Shown in pieces: positions 17,568-26,099 of a stretch of DNA of 64,000 nucleotides. The position numbers were made by a program, and so were the translations under genes. Source of the stretch: Acidobacteriota bacterium (GTDB lineage Bacteria; Acidobacteriota; Thermoanaerobaculia; Thermoanaerobaculales; Thermoanaerobaculaceae); contig JBFMCD010000065.1 in NCBI GenBank assembly GCA_040754885.1, positions 96 to 64,095 of the forward strand, read 5' to 3'. The notes beneath the pieces were generated by a model. It was given only the letters and a program-made list of their open reading frames with translations, made no database searches and was not told the origin of the DNA. The number at the start of each line of letters is the position of its first letter. The stretch's first letter is position 1.

Positions 17568-20129
17568 ATGCGTCCGCTTCGTTCGTTCCACGTTCGTCCC
17601 TCGTTGCCGCCGCGGCTGCAGCCCCTCGAGGAGCTGGCCTACAACCTGCGCTGGTCGTGGGACCGCGAGACGATCAGCGTGTTCCGCCGCCTTGACCCGG
17701 AGCTGTGGGAGCGCAGCGGGCACAACCCGGTGCTCATGCTCGGCTCGGTGGCGCAGGCGCGACTCGACGAGGTCGTCGAGGACGAGGCGTTCCTCGCCCA
17801 CATGGACCGTGTCCTCCGCGAATTGCACGAGTACCTGGAGGACAGCGGGACGTGGTGCCGCCGCGCGCACGGGACGCTGCCCGGTCCGCTCGTCGCGTAC
17901 TTCTCGATGGAGTTCGGCATCACCGAGTGCCTGCCCAACTACTCGGGAGGGCTCGGCATCCTGGCCGGCGACCACCTCAAGTCGGCGAGCGAGTTGGGCG
18001 TGCCGCTGGTCGGCGTCGGGCTGCTCTACCAGAAGGGCTACTTCCGCCAGTACCTCAACCCCGAGGGGTGGCAGCAGGAGCGCTACCCGGTCAACGACTT
18101 CCACCGCCAGCCGCTGTCCATGGTGCGCGACGCGGCGGGGCACCCGGTGCGCATCGCCCTGGACGTGGGCGGGCGAACCGCGCAGGTGCAGGTGTGGCAG
18201 GCGCGGGTCGGGCGCGTGACGCTCTACCTGCTCGACACCAACGTCCCGGAGAACCCGCGCGACCTGCAGGACGTCACCGACGAGCTGTACGGCGGCAACG
18301 AAGAGACGCGCATCCGCCAGGAAATCGTCCTGGGCATCGGCGGCATGCGCGCGCTCGACGCGCTCAAGATGCGCGCCCGCGTCTACCACATGAACGAGGG
18401 CCACTCGGCGTTCGTCGGCGTCGAGCGGGTGCGCCGCCTGATGAAGGACGAGGGGCTGTCGCTGCTCGAGGCGCGTGAGATCGTGGTGGCGACGACGGTG
18501 TTCACGACACACACGCCGGTGCCGGCCGGGATCGACGTGTTCCACCGCGACCTCGTCGAGCGGTACCTCGGCTCGTACCTTCGCGAGCTGGGCGCCGATC
18601 CCGAGATGCTCCTCGACCAGGGGCGTATCCACCCCGGCGACCGCAACGAGCCGCTGAACATGGCGGTGACGGCGATCCGACTGGCCAACTTCGTCAACGG
18701 CGTCAGCCGGCTGCACGGCAAGGTGTCGCGGGCGATGTGGCGCGAGGTGTGGCCGGGGATCCCGGCCGACGAGATCCCGATCGGCCACGTGACCAACGGC
18801 GTCCACCCGTCGTCGTGGATCTCGGACGAGATGCGCGGCCTGTACGAGCGGTACCTCGGGCCGCGCTGGGCGGAGGAGCCGGGCGACGTCAAGGTGTGGC
18901 AGCCGGTGCACCGGATCCCCGGCGAGGAACTGTGGCGCAGCCACGAGAGGCGGCGTGAGCGGCTGGTGGCGTTCGCGCGCAGGCGGCTGGTCGAGCAGCT
19001 GCGCAGCCGCGGCGCCGGTCCGGCGGAGCTGGCGCACGCCGAGGAGGTGCTCGACCCGGAGGCGTTGACGATCGGCTTCGCCCGCCGGTTCGCGACGTAC
19101 AAGAGGGCGACGCTGCTGCTGCGCGACCCGGAACGGTTGGCGCGGCTGCTCAACGCGTCCGAGCGTCCCGTGCAGATCATCTTCGCGGGCAAGGCGCACC
19201 CCCGCGACGACAACGGCAAGTCGCTGATCAGGGAAATCGTGCGGCTCGCCGAGCGGCCGGAGTTCCGCCGCCGCATCGTCTTCCTCGAGGACTACGACGC
19301 GGTGATCGCGCGCTACCTCGTGCAGGGGTGCGACGTGTGGCTGAACACGCCGCGGCGCCCGCGCGAGGCGAGCGGGACGAGCGGAATGAAGGCGGCGTTC
19401 AACGGTGTGCTGAACCTGTCGATCCTCGACGGTTGGTGGGACGAGGCGTACACGCCCCACGCCGGGTGGGCGATCGGGGCGGGGGAGGAGTACGCCGACA
19501 CGGAGTACCAGGACCGCGTCGAGGCCGGCACGCTGTACGGGCTGGTCGAGCGCGAGGTGGTGCCGCTGTTCTACGAGCGCGGCAACGACGGCCTGCCGCG
19601 CGGCTGGATCGACCTGATGAAGACGGCGATGCAGGAGCTGTGCCCGGTGTACAACACCAACCGCATGGTGTGTGAGTACGTGGAGAAGGCCTATCTGCCG
19701 GCGCACCGGCGCCGCGCCGCGCTGGAGGCCGAAGGGTTCGCCCGGGCCAAGGCGCTGGCGCGCTGGAAGGCGCGGGTGGCGAAGCACTGGCGGGGAGTGC
19801 GGGTGGTCAAGATCGAGACCGGGTTGGCCGGCGACCTCCGTGTCGGCGATGTCTTCGAGGTGCGGGCGTGGATCGCGGCCGGCCCGCTCGGCGCCGAGGA
19901 CCTCGCGGTGCAGGTGTACCTGGGGAACGTGGACGAGCGACAGGAGCTGGTGGCCGCGGAAGCGGTGGCGATGAGCCCCGCCGGGAGCGCGCCGGACGGC
20001 TCGCTGGCGTTCACGGCGCGGGTCGCGTGTCGCGAGAGCGGGCTGCGCGGCTTCACCGTACGCGTGCTGCCGCGCCACGACGACCTCGCGCACCCCCAGG
20101 AGACCGGCCTGATCGTCTGGGCGAACTGA
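17568..20129 (+). CDS. glgP: Alpha-glucan (glycogen/maltodextrin) phosphorylase, GT35 alpha-glucan family
   Basis: N-terminus LPPRLQPLEELAYNLRWSWD, and EASGTSGMKAAFNG (PLP-Lys region). ATG 17568 preferred over GTG 17559. Confidence 0.9.
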   Translation: MRPLRSFHVRPSLPPRLQPLEELAYNLRWSWDRETISVFRRLDPELWERSGHNPVLMLGSVAQARLDEVVEDEAFLAHMDRVLRELHEYLEDSGTWCRRAHGTLPGPLVAYFSMEFGITECLPNYSGGLGILAGDHLKSASELGVPLVGVGLLYQKGYFRQYLNPEGWQQERYPVNDFHRQPLSMVRDAAGHPVRIALDVGGRTAQVQVWQARVGRVTLYLLDTNVPENPRDLQDVTDELYGGNEETRIRQEIVLGIGGMRALDALKMRARVYHMNEGHSAFVGVERVRRLMKDEGLSLLEAREIVVATTVFTTHTPVPAGIDVFHRDLVERYLGSYLRELGADPEMLLDQGRIHPGDRNEPLNMAVTAIRLANFVNGVSRLHGKVSRAMWREVWPGIPADEIPIGHVTNGVHPSSWISDEMRGLYERYLGPRWAEEPGDVKVWQPVHRIPGEELWRSHERRRERLVAFARRRLVEQLRSRGAGPAELAHAEEVLDPEALTIGFARRFATYKRATLLLRDPERLARLLNASERPVQIIFAGKAHPRDDNGKSLIREIVRLAERPEFRRRIVFLEDYDAVIARYLVQGCDVWLNTPRRPREASGTSGMKAAFNGVLNLSILDGWWDEAYTPHAGWAIGAGEEYADTEYQDRVEAGTLYGLVEREVVPLFYERGNDGLPRGWIDLMKTAMQELCPVYNTNRMVCEYVEKAYLPAHRRRAALEAEGFARAKALARWKARVAKHWRGVRVVKIETGLAGDLRVGDVFEVRAWIAAGPLGAEDLAVQVYLGNVDERQELVAAEAVAMSPAGSAPDGSLAFTARVACRESGLRGFTVRVLPRHDDLAHPQETGLIVWAN

Positions 20130-20250
20130 CTCTCGCCGGTCCGTCAGCCATTGTCCGTTCTCCGTTGGACGATGCGGCACATGGTCCACCGACCGCGTCG
20201 TTGTGTCCTGCTTCGGGTCTACCGGCAACGGTTGGAGTTCGGCCGCGCCC

Positions 20251-20278
20251 TTCACATCCTCGCCGCGCTCCGTATCAT
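20251..20278 (+). promoter_or_regulatory. Candidate promoter TTCACA-16nt-TATCAT immediately upstream of the isoprenoid operon
   Basis: TTCACA at 20251-20256 and TATCAT at 20273-20278. The ATG at 20290 is only 11 nt after the -10 element, implying a very short or absent leader. Confidence 0.35.
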
Positions 20279-20289
20279 GTGGCCTGCGT

Positions 20290-21387
20290 ATGGCCCGTTC
20301 CATCACCATCGCCGGCGCCGGCCTGTCCGGCCTCGCCACCGCCGTGCTGCTCGCCGGCCGCGGCGTGCCGTGCGTCGCCTACGACCGGCGCCGGGGCGGC
20401 GGGGGCCGTTTTCACGGCGGCTGGCAGGTCCTGGAGAACGGCACCACGGAACTCGACGCCTTGCGCGAACTGGAGTCGCTCGGACTGCCGCTCGACTTCG
20501 CCGTCCTTCCGGCCACGCGAGCGGTGTTTCTCGACGGTCTGGGCGGCACCCACGAGGTCGGCAGCTCCGCGCCGTTCGCGTACTTCACCGTGCGCGGCGC
20601 CGGGCCGGGCACGCTCGACGACGCGCTGCGCCGTCGCGCCGCGAGCCTGGGCGTGGAGCTGCGCGAGGGGAGCGCGGCGCCGCCCGACGCCGACGTGATC
20701 GCGACCGGACCGCGCCAGGCGGACGGCGTCGCGCGGGAGATCGTGTTCTCCTCCGACCTCGAGGACACCGTGGCGGTGCTCTTCGACCCGCGAGTGACGC
20801 CGACCGGCTACGCGTACCTGTTCTGCCTGGGCGGGCACGCGACGTTCGGCGTCGCTCTGGTCCGCCGGGTCGCGGGGTTGAAGGACGCCTCGCGCGAGGC
20901 GTGGCGGCGCTTCCGCGAGCGCTTCGGCGGATTCGCGGTGCGCGAGCCGCGCGAGGGCGGCCAGTTCATGAACTTCGCGCTGCCGCGCTCGCTGCGCGAC
21001 GCGGACGGCCGCTGGTACGTGGGCGAGGCGGCGGGGGTGCAGGACTTTCTCTTCGGTCTCGGCAACCGTCTGGCGTTGCGGTCGGCTGCGCTGGCCGCCG
21101 AAGGCGTGGCCGGGAGCTTCGACGCGGCGCGTTTCGCGGCGACGGTCCGCCGCCCGATGCGCCACTCCATCGCGATGCGCGCGGCGTACGAGCGGATGGG
21201 GCGGCGCGCCTTCGCGGCGACGTGCCGGGCCGCGTCGAGACGCGACTTCAGGGAGCTCCTGATCGCGGCGCAGCGTCCCAACCCGCTGTCGCTCGGGCTC
21301 GCGTGCGCCGCCGCCCTGGTGTGGCGCGAACGGCGCGTCTGCCGCCACGCGCCGACGTGCGGGTGGTGCCGGCGGAGGGAGTCGTGA
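20290..21387 (+). CDS. FAD-dependent oxidoreductase (geranylgeranyl-reductase/FixC-like fold)
   Basis: Start MARSITIAGAGLSGLATAVLLAGRG (dinucleotide-binding GxGxxG). Has a late VGEAAGVQDFLFGLG motif. Confidence 0.7.
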   Translation: MARSITIAGAGLSGLATAVLLAGRGVPCVAYDRRRGGGGRFHGGWQVLENGTTELDALRELESLGLPLDFAVLPATRAVFLDGLGGTHEVGSSAPFAYFTVRGAGPGTLDDALRRRAASLGVELREGSAAPPDADVIATGPRQADGVAREIVFSSDLEDTVAVLFDPRVTPTGYAYLFCLGGHATFGVALVRRVAGLKDASREAWRRFRERFGGFAVREPREGGQFMNFALPRSLRDADGRWYVGEAAGVQDFLFGLGNRLALRSAALAAEGVAGSFDAARFAATVRRPMRHSIAMRAAYERMGRRAFAATCRAASRRDFRELLIAAQRPNPLSLGLACAAALVWRERRVCRHAPTCGWCRRRES

Positions 21388-22244
21388 GTCGGCCCGAGGC
21401 CGCGGTCCGGGCCCTGACCAGGGCGCGAGGCGGCAACTTCTCGCTCGGCTTTCGCCTCCTGCCCGCGGCGAAGCGGCGCGCGGTGTACGCCGCCTACGCG
21501 GCGTGCCGGATCCCCGACGACATCGTGGACGAGGCCGGGCCGGAAGTGGGTCCCGCACAGGTCCTCCGCGCGCTCGACGAGTGGGTCGCGGAGGTGGAGG
21601 CGACCTACGCGGGCCGGCCGACGCGCCCCGAGACGGCCGCGCTCGCCGCCGTCCTGCCGGTGTTCCCGGTCCCGAAGTCGGCGCTCCTCGGACTGGTCGA
21701 GGGGTGCCGGATGGACCTCGAGATCAGCCGTTACGAGACGTTCTCGGCGCTCGAGGGGTACTGCGAGCGGGTCGCCGTGACGATCTCCGAGATTTCGCTG
21801 GCCATATTCGGCGCGATCCGGCCCGAAGCCCACGAGGCCGGACGCTCGTTGGCGATGGCGCTGCAGCTCACCAACATCTGCCGGGACGTGGGCGAGGACG
21901 CCGGGCGGGGAAGGATCTACCTGCCGCTCGACGAACTGGCCCGCCACGGGGTGAGCGAGGACGAGGTGCTGCGCGGCGCGGTGGACACCGCGGGCTACCG
22001 AGCGTTGATGCGCTTCGAGTGTGCGCGCGCGGCCTCGTACTTCGCCGCGGCCGGGGGCCTGCCGCAAGCGGTCGAGCGCGACTCGCGCGCGGCGGTGCGC
22101 GTCATGACCGGGGTGTATCGGCGGGTCCTGGCGCGCGTCGCCGCCGATCCGGTGCGGGCCTGGGCGGTGCGGGCCGAGTTGACTCGCGTGGAGCGCGTCG
22201 TCGCCGTCGTCGGTGGGCTGCTCGGGCGGGGCCCGGTGTCGTGA
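21384..22244 (+). CDS. Squalene/phytoene synthase family (head-to-head prenyl diphosphate condensing enzyme)
   Basis: GTG start in a GTGA overlap with the upstream stop. Two Asp-rich motifs: AACRIPDDIVDE and NICRDVGEDAGRGRIYLP. Confidence 0.85.
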   Translation: MSRPEAAVRALTRARGGNFSLGFRLLPAAKRRAVYAAYAACRIPDDIVDEAGPEVGPAQVLRALDEWVAEVEATYAGRPTRPETAALAAVLPVFPVPKSALLGLVEGCRMDLEISRYETFSALEGYCERVAVTISEISLAIFGAIRPEAHEAGRSLAMALQLTNICRDVGEDAGRGRIYLPLDELARHGVSEDEVLRGAVDTAGYRALMRFECARAASYFAAAGGLPQAVERDSRAAVRVMTGVYRRVLARVAADPVRAWAVRAELTRVERVVAVVGGLLGRGPVS

Positions 22245-22747
22245 CGCGCGCGGAAGTGGAGATGCTCCTCGACTGGCACGCGTGGGCGAGCGAGCGGCTG
22301 CTCGCCGCCGCGAGCGGGGTCGGACCGGGCAGATTCGCGGCGAATGGGCCGGGATCGATCCCGTCGCCGCGCGACGCGCTGGTCAGGCTGGCGAACCACG
22401 ACGCGACGTGGCTGGCGCGCTGGCGCGGGGCGCCGGCGAGTTTCGCGCTGTTCCCAGGCGCCATGCGCGGCACGCAGGCACTGGCCGGCCGGTGGACGCC
22501 GATCCGCGAGGAGACGCGCGCGGTGTTGCTCGCCCTCCCGGCCGAGGCGTTCGGCGAGCCCTGGGAGTACCGGACGCGCAGCGGGCGGACGATCCGCACG
22601 ACGCGGGCGCTCTCGGTGTTGCACTTCGTGACCCGCGCGGCCTACTTGCGCGCCGTGGCCGTGACGGCGCTGCGCGAGGCGGGCGCCCGCGGCGTGCACG
22701 TCGACCTGGCCGCGTACCTCGAGGCGCGCCAGCGGGAGAGGCCGTGA
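22241..22747 (+). CDS. DinB-family (four-helix bundle) protein
   Basis: GTGA overlap start. Has a DinB-like pattern (MLLDWHAWASERLL..., LANHDATWLARW, ...LHFVTRAAYLRA). Confidence 0.6.
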   Translation: MTRAEVEMLLDWHAWASERLLAAASGVGPGRFAANGPGSIPSPRDALVRLANHDATWLARWRGAPASFALFPGAMRGTQALAGRWTPIREETRAVLLALPAEAFGEPWEYRTRSGRTIRTTRALSVLHFVTRAAYLRAVAVTALREAGARGVHVDLAAYLEARQRERP

Positions 22748-23892
22748 GCGCGGGGGTTCGGTTCGACGTCTGCATCGTGGGCGCCGGTCCCGCGGGCGCC
22801 GCAGCCGCCATCGTGTTGGCCCGTGGAGGCGCGCGCGTCGTGATCGCGGACAGGGCCGTGTTCCCGCGCGAGAAGGTGTGCGGGGACGGAGTGTTGCCCG
22901 ACGCGATCGCGGTCATGGACGAACTCGGCGTTCCGCCGCGCCCTCCGCTGGCGGCGCGCTCCCCTGGCCTGGCGATGCGCACCGCGTCAGGACGCGAGGT
23001 CCGCTTCGACGTCCCCGGCGTCGTGATCAGGAGGCGTGACCTCGATCAGGCGCTTCTCGACGCGGCAATCGCGGCGGGAGCGGAGTTCCTCGCCGGGCAC
23101 ACTCTCGCCGAGCTGCGCGACGAGGGCGGTGTGGGGTGCCGGGTGGGTCTCTCGGCAGAGGGGCGCACTGTGCGGGCCGAGGCCGCTGCGGTGCTCGTCG
23201 CGACAGGCGCGGCACCCGGTCCGGCGCGGCTGGCCGGCCTCGCCCCGCGCAGCCGTCCCGGCGCGGCGTTGCGCGGCTACGCGGCCGTCTCGGGGAGGTC
23301 TCCAGACACGCTCCTGATCGCCCTTCTGTCCGAGTTGCGACGGGGCTACGCGTGGGCGTTCCCCGGTCCCGGAGGCGTGTGGAACGTCGGCGCCGGCGTG
23401 TTCGCCGGTGCGCGCGGAACGGCGCGGCTCGGGCAGGCGCTGGAGCGATTCCTCGCCTCGCTCGGCGGGCGTTGGCTGGAACGGCCGCGTGGCGCGCCGC
23501 TGCTGACCGGCTTCGGGTGCTCGCCCTTCGTGCGGGGACGCGTCGCCTTGGTCGGCGAGGCGGCCGGACTGACGCGGCCGTTTTCGGGAGAGGGGATCGG
23601 TCCCTCGGTCCGTTCGGGAGTGGTCGCCGGAACCTGCCTGCTGGCGCAGGGCGGCGGCGCTGGGCTCCTCGACTACCAACGGCGGCTGATAACCGAATAC
23701 CGCCGCGACTTCCGCGCGTGGCGATTCGGGGAACGACTGCTCGCGCACCCGGCGCTCGTCGATCGGATCGTGGCTCGCGCGGTGAAGTTCCCTGGCGCGC
23801 TCGGAAGGTGCGCGGGAGTCCTCGGCGGCACGAACCCGGCGGCGCGCGTGCTCTCCCCGGTGGGCCTGCTGCGACTTCTTGTCGGTCGATGA
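22744..23892 (+). CDS. Geranylgeranyl reductase-family FAD-dependent oxidoreductase
   Basis: GTGA overlap start. Motifs FDVCIVGAGPAGAAAAIVLARGG, PREKVCGDGV and LVGEAAGLTRPFSGEGIG. Confidence 0.8.
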   Translation: MSAGVRFDVCIVGAGPAGAAAAIVLARGGARVVIADRAVFPREKVCGDGVLPDAIAVMDELGVPPRPPLAARSPGLAMRTASGREVRFDVPGVVIRRRDLDQALLDAAIAAGAEFLAGHTLAELRDEGGVGCRVGLSAEGRTVRAEAAAVLVATGAAPGPARLAGLAPRSRPGAALRGYAAVSGRSPDTLLIALLSELRRGYAWAFPGPGGVWNVGAGVFAGARGTARLGQALERFLASLGGRWLERPRGAPLLTGFGCSPFVRGRVALVGEAAGLTRPFSGEGIGPSVRSGVVAGTCLLAQGGGAGLLDYQRRLITEYRRDFRAWRFGERLLAHPALVDRIVARAVKFPGALGRCAGVLGGTNPAARVLSPVGLLRLLVGR

Positions 23893-24087
23893 GGCAAGCT
23901 CCGGGAACGGGCGCGGAAAGAGCCGGCGCCGCAACCCGGGGTCCGGGATCTTGGATTGGGCCGGGAACACCTGCGGGTCGAGCGCCCTACCGGGTTCCCT
24001 GCCCGGCGCCCGGCACGGCACAACGCCCACGGTCCACTACTGCCCACGTGGTCGCTGCCCGGGGAGACCGACCCACGGTGGCGCGGC

Positions 24088-24486
24088 CTATGGCTGCGCG
24101 CCTTCCTCGATCCAGCGCTTGATCAGGTCGAGTTGCTCCTGAGGCAGCTTCTTCGCGCCGAAGATCGTGCGCGGCATTCCCTTCCCTTCCTTGCTCGTGT
24201 GCATGAGCTTGTGCCACAGGTAGGAGTTGTCGGGGTCGCCGGCCACGACCATGAGGACCTCGGGCACCTCCTTGCTCGGGCGCCCGACCATCGCCGCGCG
24301 GCCCTTGCTCGCGGACAGGTCCAGACCCTTCTTCGGATTGTCGGCGCCGTGGCAGTCGCCGCACTCCTTGGCGAAGATCGGTTCCACGTCCCGTGCGTAG
24401 GACAGCGGTTCCGCGGACTGGGCGAGAGCCGCCGCGACGGCGCCGGCGAAGACCGCAAGTACGAGCAGAGCAGGCTTGACCCTCAT
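24088..24486 (-). CDS. Small secreted c-type cytochrome domain protein (PSCyt1-like)
   Basis: Start MRVKPALLVLAVFAGAVAAALA (signal). Has haem-binding CGDCHG and WHKLMH...LIKRWIEEGA, typical of the planctomycete-type cytochrome c domain. Confidence 0.7.
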   Translation of the reverse strand: MRVKPALLVLAVFAGAVAAALAQSAEPLSYARDVEPIFAKECGDCHGADNPKKGLDLSASKGRAAMVGRPSKEVPEVLMVVAGDPDNSYLWHKLMHTSKEGKGMPRTIFGAKKLPQEQLDLIKRWIEEGAQP

Positions 24487-24728
24487 GCGCGTTCCCTCCG
24501 TGATGACCGTGAGACTACAACAGGGTACCGCGGGGCGCATTCCTGCGTTCGCCCCGATCCGCGGCGGCCCGGCCGGAGCGAGGGTCAGAAAACCGCGGGG
24601 AGTCAGGAGCGACGTCGAAGCGGGCCCCCGGCACACGGTCCGCAGCCCACGACCCACGCCTGTCAGACGCTCGTGATGCACGTCGGCGGCGCTTGAGGGC
24701 ACTTGTCGGGCGCAGTGCCGTGGCGACT

Positions 24729-25409
24729 TCAGGACGCTCCCGCAGCCACCAGGATCGCCACGCCGGTGCGCATGAGGTGGTGGATCCGGCGCGCGTCGTC
24801 GGGTTGCATCGCGATCGCCACCGCAGGCGGATGGTCCTCGCCTTCGCCGCGCAGCCGCTCCCAGCCGTCCCTGACGGCGGCGACGAAGCGCTGCCACACC
24901 CCGTCCGGAGGGAGCTCGGTGCACACCCAGATGTCCCAACCGGTGTCGAGGCGGGCTCGGTACGACACGGGAGGCTCGGGAATCGGTGTCGAGGTCGGAG
25001 TCGGCGAGGCCGAGGGCTTCGCCGTGGGTTCCTCCTCCTCCTCGCCCTCCGGAGGTAGAGGCTTCAACTCGGCCGGGGCGATCACCTCGCGGTCGGTGTC
25101 GCCGGCGCCGGCCACGATCGTCCACACCGCCGGCGCCCGGACCTCGCCGCTCGCCCCGCTCCCGAGGAGCGGTCCCTGGGAGACAACCTCGATGCCCCTG
25201 ATCGGAACGCTGTCGAGAACGAGGCCGCGCGAACGGATCTCGAGCGTGCGTCGGGGTGGGTCGAGCACGAGGTAGACGCCCGGCTTCTTGGCCAGCGACA
25301 CCTCGGACTCCAGCGTCGCCACGCGCGCGGGGTCGGGAGGGGTGTCCCCGGCCAGCGTCGCCGTCGCCAGCAGGCTAGTACAGATAGACGCGAGAGCCGA
25401 TCGGCACAT
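24729..25409 (-). CDS. Secreted hypothetical protein with an acidic/Pro-rich linker
   Basis: Signal-like N-terminus. The KPGVYLVLDPPRRTLEIRSRGLVLDSVPI segment resembles the N-terminal strands of YkuD proteins, but no HxxC catalytic motif is present. Overlaps the upstream gene by 35 nt. Confidence 0.45.
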   Translation of the reverse strand: MCRSALASICTSLLATATLAGDTPPDPARVATLESEVSLAKKPGVYLVLDPPRRTLEIRSRGLVLDSVPIRGIEVVSQGPLLGSGASGEVRAPAVWTIVAGAGDTDREVIAPAELKPLPPEGEEEEEPTAKPSASPTPTSTPIPEPPVSYRARLDTGWDIWVCTELPPDGVWQRFVAAVRDGWERLRGEGEDHPPAVAIAMQPDDARRIHHLMRTGVAILVAAGAS

Positions 25410-26019
25410 TCTTGTAAACGAACTCCAGGTCCTCGTCCCCGAGCCGGATGCAGCCGTGAGTCACGCGCCGGCCCAGGAGCGTCTTGAACAGCGTTCCGTG
25501 GATGATGAACCCGTCTCCCATGTACAGGCCGTAGTCGCCGAGCGACACGTCGTCGAAGCGCTCGGGCGACCCCGGAGGCGGCGGCAGGTACCCCTCCTCG
25601 ATGAACGCCCAGTCCGGCTTGCCCCAGATCGGGTTCTTCGCCTTCCTGTGGATCACGCGCTCGCCCATCGGCGAGTCGAACACCCACTGGCGGCCGGTGC
25701 GGGGGTCGCGCAGCACGCGGCCGGTGCCGGTCGAGCACACGGCGCTGCGGATCAGCTCGCCGTCGCGGTAGAGGCGCAGGCGATTGCGGTATGTGTCGAC
25801 GACGATCACGGAACCGGTCGGGCGCAACCTGTCGAGCGCCGTCGCGGCCCGGGCCGCCCGGCGCCGCAGCGCCTCGGGTTCGGCCGGTCCCTCCGGCACC
25901 TGTGCGACGACGGTGAACGCCGTCGAGAGGTGAACCTGCCCGACGTTGGCCAGCACGACCGCCCCTCCGCCGACCAGCGCCAGCAGCCCGACGAGTGACA
26001 GGATCGGAGCGAGCCACAT
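25375..26019 (-). CDS. L,D-transpeptidase (YkuD domain)
   Basis: Catalytic region GFIIHGTLFKTLLGRRVTHGCIRLGDEDLEFVY. Start placed at MWLAPILSLVGLL (TM anchor). The ORF extends to 26190, but that start would overlap the upstream gene by 90 nt. Confidence 0.75.
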   Translation of the reverse strand: MWLAPILSLVGLLALVGGGAVVLANVGQVHLSTAFTVVAQVPEGPAEPEALRRRAARAATALDRLRPTGSVIVVDTYRNRLRLYRDGELIRSAVCSTGTGRVLRDPRTGRQWVFDSPMGERVIHRKAKNPIWGKPDWAFIEEGYLPPPPGSPERFDDVSLGDYGLYMGDGFIIHGTLFKTLLGRRVTHGCIRLGDEDLEFVYKNVPIGSRVYLY

Positions 26020-26099
26020 CCTCGACCGCCGCGACCGGTCGCCGGCGGCAACCTCGGCGCGAGGGACCGGGGGTGGCCCGGCGGGCGGCGGTGTGGCCG

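Noticed and set aside
16467-20339. 1290-aa minus-strand ORF antisense to the amidohydrolase and glgP genes
   Set aside because: Low-complexity Arg/Pro/Ala/His composition. It is antisense to two genes with strong family motifs and spans an intergenic region.
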